Shown: positions 9,011 through 16,746 of the stretch, in pieces
Position numbering within the stretch: the first letter of the stretch is position 1
Layout of the letters: each line of letters begins with the position of its first letter
Assembly: GCA_963783305.1 (NCBI GenBank)
Contig: CAWAMW010000007.1
Span: forward strand, 320,001 to 384,000
Source of the DNA: an uncultured Gemmatimonadales bacterium
GTDB lineage: Bacteria; Gemmatimonadota; Gemmatimonadetes; Longimicrobiales; RSA9
DNA length: 64,000 bases
Direction of reading: 5' to 3'
The notes under the pieces: model-generated
The model's database searches: none
Seen by the model: the letters and a program-made list of their open reading frames with translations, nothing else
Told to the model about the DNA's origin: nothing
Made by a program: the position numbers and the translations under genes

Positions 9011-9589
9011 ATGACGTCGGGAACAGTGGTCGGAGCCGTGGCGGTGGCGATGATCCTCGGTGCGTGCGATGGACGGGGCGACGTGCCGACGCCGAAGGAC
9101 GATGTGCCCGTGCCCACGGAGGAAACGGCGCGTGGAGAAGGGGTGGCGCCGCCGTCCGGGAATCGGCCCGACGCGGGGTCGGGTCGGGGCATGCCCATGA
9201 GTGGCGGCATGGGGGAGATGCAGGGGCGGATGATGGGCGGCGGATCGCCGGAAGACGCGCCGGAGGCAAATGCCGCGGAGGCCAGCACCGCCGGCTGTCC
9301 GGACGTGACCCAGGAGCTCGCCGATCGCGGGCGGGAGGTCTACGCCGGGGCCGGCAACTGCTTCACGTGTCACGGCGGGGACGCCGCAGGCTCACCGCTG
9401 GCGCCGGACCTGACGGACGGGGAATGGCTCAACGTGGACGGGACCTACGGATCCATTCTCGCGGTGGTCCGGGAGGGAGTGGCCCAGCCGCAGCAGTTCC
9501 CCGCGCCCATGCCGGCGATGGGAGGCGCGAACCTGTCCGAGAATCAGCTCTGTGCCGTGGCAGCCTACGTCTATTCTCTGAGCCACTGA
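9011..9589 (+). CDS. Monoheme cytochrome c lipoprotein with Met-rich linker
   Basis: Lipobox LGAC; GMPMSGGMGEMQGRMMGG linker; CFTCH; APDLTDGEW; axial Met in PMPAMGG. Confidence 0.9.
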   Translation: MTSGTVVGAVAVAMILGACDGRGDVPTPKDDVPVPTEETARGEGVAPPSGNRPDAGSGRGMPMSGGMGEMQGRMMGGGSPEDAPEANAAEASTAGCPDVTQELADRGREVYAGAGNCFTCHGGDAAGSPLAPDLTDGEWLNVDGTYGSILAVVREGVAQPQQFPAPMPAMGGANLSENQLCAVAAYVYSLSH

Positions 9590-9701
9590 AACGGAGTCGC
9601 CCCGCGCCCACGGCAGCCCCCGCGCCGCCCGCTCGAGGACATCAGCTCGGCGGAGACGCGGCTCCGTGCACGCGACTCGCCGTGCAAGGGGTGAAGACCG
9701 C

Positions 9702-9734
9702 TTAATCCGAAGTTCATCCGGAACTCACGCGGTG
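9702..9734 (+). promoter_or_regulatory. 11-bp-period direct repeats, candidate OmpR/PhoB-family response regulator site
   Basis: TTAATCCGAAG / TTCATCCGGAA / CTCACGCGGTG, about 60 nt upstream of the Ig-lipoprotein start. Confidence 0.45.
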
Positions 9735-9795
9735 GACGCTAGACTACAGTCGGCAACCAACGGGTCGGTCCTTTTGTAAAGGTGGAGTTGAGATG

Positions 9796-10767
9796 ATGAC
9801 AGGACGAACGGGGAGGATGCTCACGCTGATGGGCGCCGTGGCGGTGGGTATGGGGGCCTGCGACGACACGACAACGATCGAGCCGGAGACCACGCTGCTG
9901 AGCGTGGCGCCCGCTGCGGGGGCCGTGGACGTGGCGACCGACGCACCGATCGAGGTGACGTTCGACCGGCCGATGGGCGATCACGCGACCGACTACGCGG
10001 ACCTTCACCGCGGGGACGTGAACGGCCCCATGGTGGGAGGCGAGTGGAGCATGCAGTCGGGTGGAATGACTCTGCACTTCACGCCCCACGAGCCGCTGGA
10101 GCCGGGCACCGAATACACGCTGCACCTGGGCGGCGGGATGATGGATGCCGACGGGCATCCCGCGGATATGGAGAGCCACGGCACGTCCATGGGCGGCATG
10201 TGGGCCGATGGTGGGATGATGTCCGGCGGCATGGGCTCGCACATGGGCAATGGCTGGCAGGACAAGAACGGCAGCTATGGAATGGTCTTCAGCTTCACGA
10301 CGGCCGGGACGGCAGCGACCGCGCTGGTGGCGGTGGCGCCGCAGGGCGGGGATACCGGGGTGGACCCGACGGCACCGGTCGTCGTGACGTTCAACCACGC
10401 CATCGATCCGGCCATGGCCGAGTACGCGGCGCTGCATGAGGGCGATGTGACGGGTCCGGAAGTGCCCGGGACATGGACGCTCTCCGAGGACTCGACGCAG
10501 CTCATCTTCACGCAGGATGAGCCGCTCAAGGCGGGGACCCGGTACACCATCCACCTGGGCGGAGGGATGATGGACGCCGAGGGGCACCACGTGGACATGG
10601 ATGAAAACGGCACCCACATGGGCGGCGAGTGGGCCACCGGCTCCATGATGGGCGGGGGCATGAGCGGCGGCATGAGCGGCGGCGAGCACAACCACATGGG
10701 GCAGGGGTGGGAGCATCCTGACAATGGCAGCTACGGGATGATCTTCACCTTCACGACTGCGGCATAG
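9796..10767 (+). CDS. Lipoprotein with two tandem Ig-like (Big_5-type) domains, each with a Met/His/Gly-rich segment
   Basis: Lipobox MGAC; two repeats of about 145 aa (V.P..G...V....PI.VTF...; F.P.EPL..GT.YT.HLGGGMMDA.GH; NGSYGM.F.FTTA). Confidence 0.85.
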   Translation: MTGRTGRMLTLMGAVAVGMGACDDTTTIEPETTLLSVAPAAGAVDVATDAPIEVTFDRPMGDHATDYADLHRGDVNGPMVGGEWSMQSGGMTLHFTPHEPLEPGTEYTLHLGGGMMDADGHPADMESHGTSMGGMWADGGMMSGGMGSHMGNGWQDKNGSYGMVFSFTTAGTAATALVAVAPQGGDTGVDPTAPVVVTFNHAIDPAMAEYAALHEGDVTGPEVPGTWTLSEDSTQLIFTQDEPLKAGTRYTIHLGGGMMDAEGHHVDMDENGTHMGGEWATGSMMGGGMSGGMSGGEHNHMGQGWEHPDNGSYGMIFTFTTAA

Positions 10768-10874
10768 CCGCTGAGGGCGGAGACCGCAGTAGACGGGGAT
10801 CCCGTCGCGCTATGCCGCGAAGTGGTTGCTGACCGTACTTGACCGGCGCACTTTGCCGCGGGCACCTTCGGACC

Positions 10875-11759
10875 ATGGCAAGTCTCCCGCCCGATCCGTC
10901 CATACCAGACGGTCCGTGGACGCCATCCTCTCCCCGTCCATGGGACGTCGCGCGCCACTACGATGAGCTCGACTCCTACTACCGCGACCTCTGGGGTGAG
11001 CACGTGCACCACGGCTTCTGGCGACGCGGCGCCCGGTCGCTGCCGGAGGCCACAGATGACCTTATCCGCCAGGTGGTCGACCGCGGGGGCATCCCGGATG
11101 GAGCGGTCGTCTGCGACGTGGGATCCGGCTACGGGGCAACGGCGCGGTTCCTCGCCCGCGAGATGGACGCCCGCGTCACGGCCGTCACCATCTCCGCCGT
11201 CCAGCACGCGGCCGCCCTGGCCGCCCCGCGCGTCGCGCCGGCCCCGGACTACCGCCTGGGCGACTTCATCGAGAGCGCCCTTCCCACCGCTTCCTTCGAT
11301 GCGGCCATCGCCGTGGAGTCGCTGTCCCACATGCCGGACCTCCCCGCCACGCTCCGGGAGGTCCGAAGAATTCTGCGCCCCGGCGCCCCCTTTGTCGCCT
11401 GCGTCTGGCTCGCCGGCGACCACGTCTCAGGATGGCGAACGCGCCACCTCCTGGAGCCGATCCGCCGGGAGGGCCGTCTCGCCCGGCTGTGCTCCGCGGA
11501 CGAGCTGGAGGCGGAGCTCCGCGCCGCCGGCTTCCGTACCGAGAGCTTCGACGATATCTCCGGGGATGTGAGACGGACCTGGAGCGTCGTCGTCGGCAGG
11601 GTCCTCGGGCGGCTGGCTCGGGACCGGGAGGCGCGGCGGGTAGTCGCGGCCGGCGGAGAGGCCGTCTTCGCCCGAACGGTCGCCAGGATCTGGCTGGCCT
11701 ACCGGGTCAACGCCATGCGATACGGCGTCTTCACAGCACGCTGCCCTGGTGCCCCCTGA
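10875..11759 (+). CDS. Class I SAM-dependent methyltransferase (tocopherol/sterol methyltransferase-like)
   Basis: HYD...LWGEHVHHGFW, CDVGSGYG, FDAAIAVESLSHMPD, LRPG. Confidence 0.88.
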   Translation: MASLPPDPSIPDGPWTPSSPRPWDVARHYDELDSYYRDLWGEHVHHGFWRRGARSLPEATDDLIRQVVDRGGIPDGAVVCDVGSGYGATARFLAREMDARVTAVTISAVQHAAALAAPRVAPAPDYRLGDFIESALPTASFDAAIAVESLSHMPDLPATLREVRRILRPGAPFVACVWLAGDHVSGWRTRHLLEPIRREGRLARLCSADELEAELRAAGFRTESFDDISGDVRRTWSVVVGRVLGRLARDREARRVVAAGGEAVFARTVARIWLAYRVNAMRYGVFTARCPGAP

Positions 11760-12471
11760 CACGGATGGCCGTGCCGCCGTCACGTTTGGCACGCAGCACG
11801 ACCGCGCCGAGCGCGAGTAGACCCGTGAGCAGCATGACCCACGTGGAGGGCTCGGGCACCGTCGCGGTGGCCGCAGTGAAGTTCGCCTCGAAGTGGAGGT
11901 CCGGGCCCTCGTAACTCGCCCACGGGCTGGTGGTCCAGTCGGCCGTGTTCTCACCGTTGTTCAGGAAGACACTGGTCCCGCCGCCGTACTCGTCGCTCGT
12001 CGCGGTCTCCCACTGAATTCGTCCCGTGCCGGAGAGACCCGATGTGCTCAGGAAGAGCGCGTAGACGTTCCCGGGAACGACCGACAGTCCGCCGGTTCCG
12101 AACGCGTACTCCGTGAAAGGGGTGGAAGGCGTCGCGTCGTGGGTGAACACGCCGCTCGTGTAAAGGGCCGGACCGGCCGCCATCGAGCCGTTCCATGCGT
12201 ACACGTACGCCATGAACGAGAGACTCGGCGTGGACGGCTCCGGGAAGTTCGTGGAGGTCCGTCCGAGCCAGAACGAGAAGCTATTGAGGATGTTGTCGGT
12301 GGGTGCCGTGATCGTCTGCCCGTAGGTCTGCGTGTTCGGCTTCCCCCAGGACTGGATTATGCCGCCACCGCCGGCTCCGATCGTCGTCTGGGCGGCTGCG
12401 GGGGTCACGACGGCAACGGCCAGCGCGGTCACCAGGGAGAAGAGCCTTCGTGATCTCGACGGGGAGTTCAT
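11731..12471 (-). CDS. PEP-CTERM sorting-domain surface protein
   Basis: Signal peptide ending AAAQ, Thr/Ser/Gly-rich body, VPEPSTWVMLLTGLLALGAVVLRAKR; GGAGG RBS before the ATG at 12471. Confidence 0.9.
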   Translation of the reverse strand: MNSPSRSRRLFSLVTALAVAVVTPAAAQTTIGAGGGGIIQSWGKPNTQTYGQTITAPTDNILNSFSFWLGRTSTNFPEPSTPSLSFMAYVYAWNGSMAAGPALYTSGVFTHDATPSTPFTEYAFGTGGLSVVPGNVYALFLSTSGLSGTGRIQWETATSDEYGGGTSVFLNNGENTADWTTSPWASYEGPDLHFEANFTAATATVPEPSTWVMLLTGLLALGAVVLRAKRDGGTAIRVRGHQGSVL

Positions 12472-12661
12472 GGGAGCCTCGGAATTGGGAGGGATGTCAG
12501 CGAAGCAACTTGTTACTATACGCAGGATCCACGCCCGGTGGTCTGTGTGGGAGCAGGACGTCGTGGAGTGGACGCGCAAGTTCGCCATGGCGTGGCCGGC
12601 TCCGGAGCGACGTACCACAAGCCTCGCGCGGTCGCGGGATCGGCCGGTCGCCGGCAATCCG

Positions 12662-12677
12662 GGGCGCAATCCTTGCT
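12662..12677 (+). promoter_or_regulatory. sigma54-like promoter upstream of the small protein at 12741
   Basis: GGGCGCAATCCTTGCT, GG-N10-GC with TTGC. Confidence 0.55.
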
Positions 12678-12740
12678 CGCCGTTTGTCCACGGGCGGTCG
12701 TCGCGCCGCACCGCTCCTCCCTCGTATCGGAGAGTCCGCC

Positions 12741-12962
12741 ATGAAGAAGAGTGAACTCGTACAGGTCGTCGTGGAACGAGCCGGGATCTCGGAGGATCAG
12801 GCCGAAAAGGCCGTCAACGTCGTGCTCGAGCAGTTGAAGACGAGACTACCGGCCCCCGTGGCCGGCCAGATCGACAGCTTCCTTGAGGGCGACGGGGGAA
12901 AGGCGGGCGGCACGGACGTGGGAGACATTGCCAAGCGGGCTGGAGGCCTGTTCGGGAAGTAG
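12741..12962 (+). CDS. Small DUF2267-like protein with HU-like N-terminal helices
   Basis: MKKSELVQVVVERAGISEDQAEKAVNVVLEQLKTRLPAPVAGQID...GGLFGK; GGAG RBS. Confidence 0.75.
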   Translation: MKKSELVQVVVERAGISEDQAEKAVNVVLEQLKTRLPAPVAGQIDSFLEGDGGKAGGTDVGDIAKRAGGLFGK

Positions 12963-12996
12963 AGTAGAGCAAGACCCCCTTCGCTAGGGTGTAAGC

Positions 12997-13674
12997 ATGG
13001 CTGATCATCAGCAGTTCTGCCCTGTAGCCCTGACGGCTGAGGTCATCGCGCGCCAATGGACGCCGCTGGTGCTGCGCGAGCTCCTGCTCGGCAGCGTCCG
13101 GTTCAACGAAATACATCGCGGGGTCCCGCGAATGTCGCGGACGCTCCTGTCCACCCGACTCTCGGAGCTGGAGTCGGCGGGGATCGTGGAGCGACGCGCG
13201 GCTGGCGAGCACCCGGAGTACCACCTGACGCGTGCGGGTCAGGCTCTGGAGCCGATCATCATGCAAATGGGCGTGTGGGGCAAACGGTGGCTGAAAATGG
13301 AGCTGACTCGCGACCACCTGGACGTCCCGTACCTGATGTGGGAGATCCAGCGCCGCGTGGACGAGGCCGCGCTTCCTCGGTCGAAGGTGGTCATCAGGTT
13401 TCACTTCACGGACGCCCGCGAGGAGTACCGCCATTTCTGGCTCGTTCTCGAGCGCGATGCCGTAGACCTCTGCCTGGACGATCCCGGTTTCGACTGCGAT
13501 CTCCGGCTCACGTGCGAGGTCCGGACGCTGGTCGACGTCTGGCTCGGCGACGACGAGTTGAGCGCTGCGCTGCGGGAGCGAAGGGTTCGGCTGCGCGGCC
13601 CGCGCGACCTCCGCCGCCAGTTTCCGGACTGGCTCGGCCTCAGCCTGATGGCAGGGGTCGAACGGCAGGCGTAG
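12997..13674 (+). CDS. HxlR-family winged-helix regulator with C-terminal SCP2-like domain
   Basis: QFCPVA...WTPLVLRELL.G..RFNEIHRGVP.MSRTLLS.RL; C-terminal DLCLDDPGFD. Confidence 0.9.
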   Translation: MADHQQFCPVALTAEVIARQWTPLVLRELLLGSVRFNEIHRGVPRMSRTLLSTRLSELESAGIVERRAAGEHPEYHLTRAGQALEPIIMQMGVWGKRWLKMELTRDHLDVPYLMWEIQRRVDEAALPRSKVVIRFHFTDAREEYRHFWLVLERDAVDLCLDDPGFDCDLRLTCEVRTLVDVWLGDDELSAALRERRVRLRGPRDLRRQFPDWLGLSLMAGVERQA

Positions 13675-13694
13675 CGCCCCGACGCCGGCGCGGC

Positions 13695-15080
13695 TCAGTG
13701 AATGGCCGGACGTATGTTCTGGTTGAGACGGAAGAGGTTGTCCGGGTCCCAGCTCGCCTTGATCCGGGCGAGCCGGTCGTAGGCGGCGCCGTAGTTGTCC
13801 CGGACGCGGGCCTGGTCGTCGGGCGCGGCGTAGTTGGTATAGCCACCGGCGTGCCCGGAGTACGGGTGGATTGCGGAGTAGTAGTCGCGCACCCACGCGG
13901 TCACCTCGTCGCCCGCCGCGGGATCCTCCCATGCGCCGACGATGACGGCGGCGAGGCGGGCGTCCCGGAATCCAAAGGCGGTAGCGTCCTCCGGCACGTC
14001 GTGCACCGCGCCGTCCATCGGATAGAGGTGCATCGTGCAGAGCGGATTGGGGGTCCGGGCACCGAACTCGGCGTGGGCGGCCACGGCGTTTTCGTCCAGC
14101 TCAGCTACGAAGTCGGATTTCCAGTACTGCGAGAGGCCCGGGGGCAGGGCGTCGTCGAAGAGCCGCTGGAGCTCCGGGTAGGGTAGCTCCGTCACGTGCT
14201 CGCCGATCACCGGTCCCGCCTCGCGAATGGGCTGGAAGACCTCCGCGGCCCGGGCCGGGTCGCCGCACCAGGAGACCATCACCAGACAGATCGGTTTCCC
14301 CTGCTTCTCCTCCGGAATGAACGGCATGGGTGGCGCCAGCGTGACGGCGGCGAATCCGCCGAGACCCCGCGGCGCAGTCTTCAGGTATTCACCCCAGAAA
14401 GCCAGCACGTCCCGTGTGGCCGCCGCATCGAACGCCATGGGGCCGGCGACCAGCGTGCTCACGGGGTGCAGCTTGAACTCGAAGGAGGTGACGACGCCGA
14501 AGTTGCCCCCTCCACCGCGGAGCGCCCAGAAGAGGTCGGGATTCGTGGCTTCGCTGGCCACGACCGGCTCGCCGGCGGCGGTGACTACGTCCGCGGATAC
14601 CAGGTTGTCGCAGGTCAGCCCGTGGCGACGGCCGAGATAGGCGGAGATTCCGCCCCCGAGCGTCAGGCCGCCGACCCCGGTGGTGGAGAAGAACCCGGCG
14701 GGCGCGGCCAGTTTCCAGGCGTGGGTGGCGTGGTCCAGATCGCCGAGCAGGGCGCCGCCTCCCACGCGCGCCGTCCGCTGGTCCGGGTCCACCCGGACGT
14801 TGCGCAGGTTCGCCAGGTCGAGGACCACCCCGTCCTGGCAGACTCCATAGCCCGGTACGCTGTGCCCGCCGCCACGGACCGCCAGCGGCAGGTCGCGCTC
14901 CCGCGCCATCCTCACCGCCTCGATCACATCGGCGGTGTCCAGGGCGCGCACGATGACCTTCGGGTGCCGGTCCACCATGCCGTTGTAGACGGCTCGGGCC
15001 TCGTCGAACGCGGGGTGCCCCGGCTCCAGGACCTCCCCCCGGAACCCGGTCGTGCTCGTGTCCATCGTCCGTGTCGCCAT
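13695..15080 (-). CDS. FAD-binding oxidoreductase (BBE/VAO family, 6-hydroxy-D-nicotine oxidase-like)
   Basis: VRGGGHS (covalent-FAD His), TGVGGLTLGGG, DLFWALRGGGGNFGVVT, WDPDNLFRLNQNI; AAGGAGG RBS. Confidence 0.93.
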   Translation of the reverse strand: MATRTMDTSTTGFRGEVLEPGHPAFDEARAVYNGMVDRHPKVIVRALDTADVIEAVRMARERDLPLAVRGGGHSVPGYGVCQDGVVLDLANLRNVRVDPDQRTARVGGGALLGDLDHATHAWKLAAPAGFFSTTGVGGLTLGGGISAYLGRRHGLTCDNLVSADVVTAAGEPVVASEATNPDLFWALRGGGGNFGVVTSFEFKLHPVSTLVAGPMAFDAAATRDVLAFWGEYLKTAPRGLGGFAAVTLAPPMPFIPEEKQGKPICLVMVSWCGDPARAAEVFQPIREAGPVIGEHVTELPYPELQRLFDDALPPGLSQYWKSDFVAELDENAVAAHAEFGARTPNPLCTMHLYPMDGAVHDVPEDATAFGFRDARLAAVIVGAWEDPAAGDEVTAWVRDYYSAIHPYSGHAGGYTNYAAPDDQARVRDNYGAAYDRLARIKASWDPDNLFRLNQNIRPAIH

Positions 15081-15328
15081 GTGCCTCCTTTTCCTGCGTT
15101 CCCTCCGTGCGGTCATTGTAGGAGTGGCACAGGGCGACGATGACCTCAAGGACAGATTCTGGACCATGTCGGGGACCGTGGGTCGTCCTGCGGCTCAGCG
15201 ATGCGGCACTCCTCCTGGCACGGTCGCCCGCCGCGGGGCGACGTTGTCGCGAGCGTAGGGGACGTTCATATTCCGGCCCATGGGTCGTTCTATGAAGCTC
15301 GAGGGGTGGGGCCGAGCCGGACCCTCCG

Positions 15329-15901
15329 GTGGCTGAGTCCGGTGGCGGACTCTCGGTTGAGCAGCGGGCCCAGCTCCAGGCGGGTCGGGCGCGGCTGGGG
15401 CCGATCGAGCGCGCTGTCCGGTGGTCCACGCTCACTTTCTGGAGTCTCGGCGTCTTCGGCGCGCTGAGCGTGCTCTGGGGGCTGGTGTCAGGAGCCGGTG
15501 GCGTCGTGATGGGTGCGGTGCTGCTGGCGGTGGCCTGGAACGAGCGACGGGGGCGGGATCGGCTCCGGTCGCTCGACCCGCAGGGAGCCCGGATCCTGGG
15601 CTGGAACCAGGTGGTGCTGGCCGGCGTGCTCACCGTCTACCTGGGATGGACCATCGTGCGGGCCCGGACCGCACCGAGCCCGTCCGTCCGGGAGCTCGAG
15701 CAGCTGGTGGGGATGGATCCGGGGCTGGTGGCGGAGCTCACCACCACGGCCTACGGCGCGGTGATCGTAATCGTGGATATCGTCCAGGCGGCCATGGCCC
15801 GGTTCCATTTCCGGCGCGAGGGGCTGGCCGAGGCCCTCCGGCGGGAAGCGCCTGAATGGGTGCTCGAGGTCCTGGGTGCGTCCGGCTCCGCGGCGGGCTA
15901 G
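15329..15901 (+). CDS. Hypothetical membrane protein (about 4 TM)
   Basis: Hydrophobic segments and coding-like GC3; start uncertain. Confidence 0.65.
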   Translation: MAESGGGLSVEQRAQLQAGRARLGPIERAVRWSTLTFWSLGVFGALSVLWGLVSGAGGVVMGAVLLAVAWNERRGRDRLRSLDPQGARILGWNQVVLAGVLTVYLGWTIVRARTAPSPSVRELEQLVGMDPGLVAELTTTAYGAVIVIVDIVQAAMARFHFRREGLAEALRREAPEWVLEVLGASGSAAG

Positions 15902-16746
15902 CGGGGCGCCCGGACCCACCCCTTTGCGAGAAGGTCCCAGACGCCGAGAGCGCCGAGGAGCGCCAGGTTCGGGAAGAGCAGGGGGGCGAAGAGGGGCGGG
16001 CCGTAGATGACGCGCTCCCGGAGGGTGCCCCCCTCTTCCGTGATGGTGGGGTTGAGGTGCAGGAGGAATCCCACTACACCGGTGATGGCGGCCAGGGCAA
16101 GGATGCCGAGCGCCAGCTTGAGGTAGAGCGCCGGCGTGCGCAGGAATATCGGTATGATCAGCCAACCGACCGTGACCGCCGCCACGGCCACGGGCACCCA
16201 CTCGGTGGCGTAGAAGAACCCGTTCTGGGCGTGGTCGACGAGGGAGAGGACGAAGTTGCCGGTAAAGCCGCCCCAGGCGAGGAAGACGACCCACTGTCCC
16301 CACTCGAGGTGATCCGGCGGTGCGAGCCGGTTGAGGAGGAGGAGTAGACCGAGGCCGGTGAAGGCGAGGGGCGCCACGAAGGGGGCGGAGTAGACCAGCG
16401 AACGGAGCGTCATGACCTGGAAGAAGCTGCTCTCGAGGTGGAGCACGAGCCCGGACACGCCCACCAGGATCGCCGCGCCGCCCACCCCCATCCCCACCCA
16501 GAACCCGCCGCGCTCCTGGAACGAGCGGCCCGAGTCCCGCACCGGCCGACCGAGCACGAGGTTGGCGAAGACCGCTACGGCCCCCGCCACCGTGAAGACC
16601 ACCGGAATCCACTCCGCGAACTCGGCAAACTCGTTGACCGAGTGCGCCACCCAGATGTCGAGGACCAGGAACGACAGGTTCACGCCGATGAACAGCTCCA
16701 GGAGAAACGACCGGGAGCGGATCAGGTCGCGCCAGTGGCGGCGCAT
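15898..16746 (-). CDS. 8-TM membrane protein with internal duplication and 2 conserved His per repeat (putative heme-b partner of the octaheme cytochrome)
   Basis: Repeat 1 AHSVNEF/EWIP/GLVLH/YSAPFVAPL; repeat 2 DHAQNGF/EWVP/GFLLH/YGPPLFAPL; TGATG overlap with the upstream gene. Confidence 0.8.
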   Translation of the reverse strand: MRRHWRDLIRSRSFLLELFIGVNLSFLVLDIWVAHSVNEFAEFAEWIPVVFTVAGAVAVFANLVLGRPVRDSGRSFQERGGFWVGMGVGGAAILVGVSGLVLHLESSFFQVMTLRSLVYSAPFVAPLAFTGLGLLLLLNRLAPPDHLEWGQWVVFLAWGGFTGNFVLSLVDHAQNGFFYATEWVPVAVAAVTVGWLIIPIFLRTPALYLKLALGILALAAITGVVGFLLHLNPTITEEGGTLRERVIYGPPLFAPLLFPNLALLGALGVWDLLAKGWVRAPR

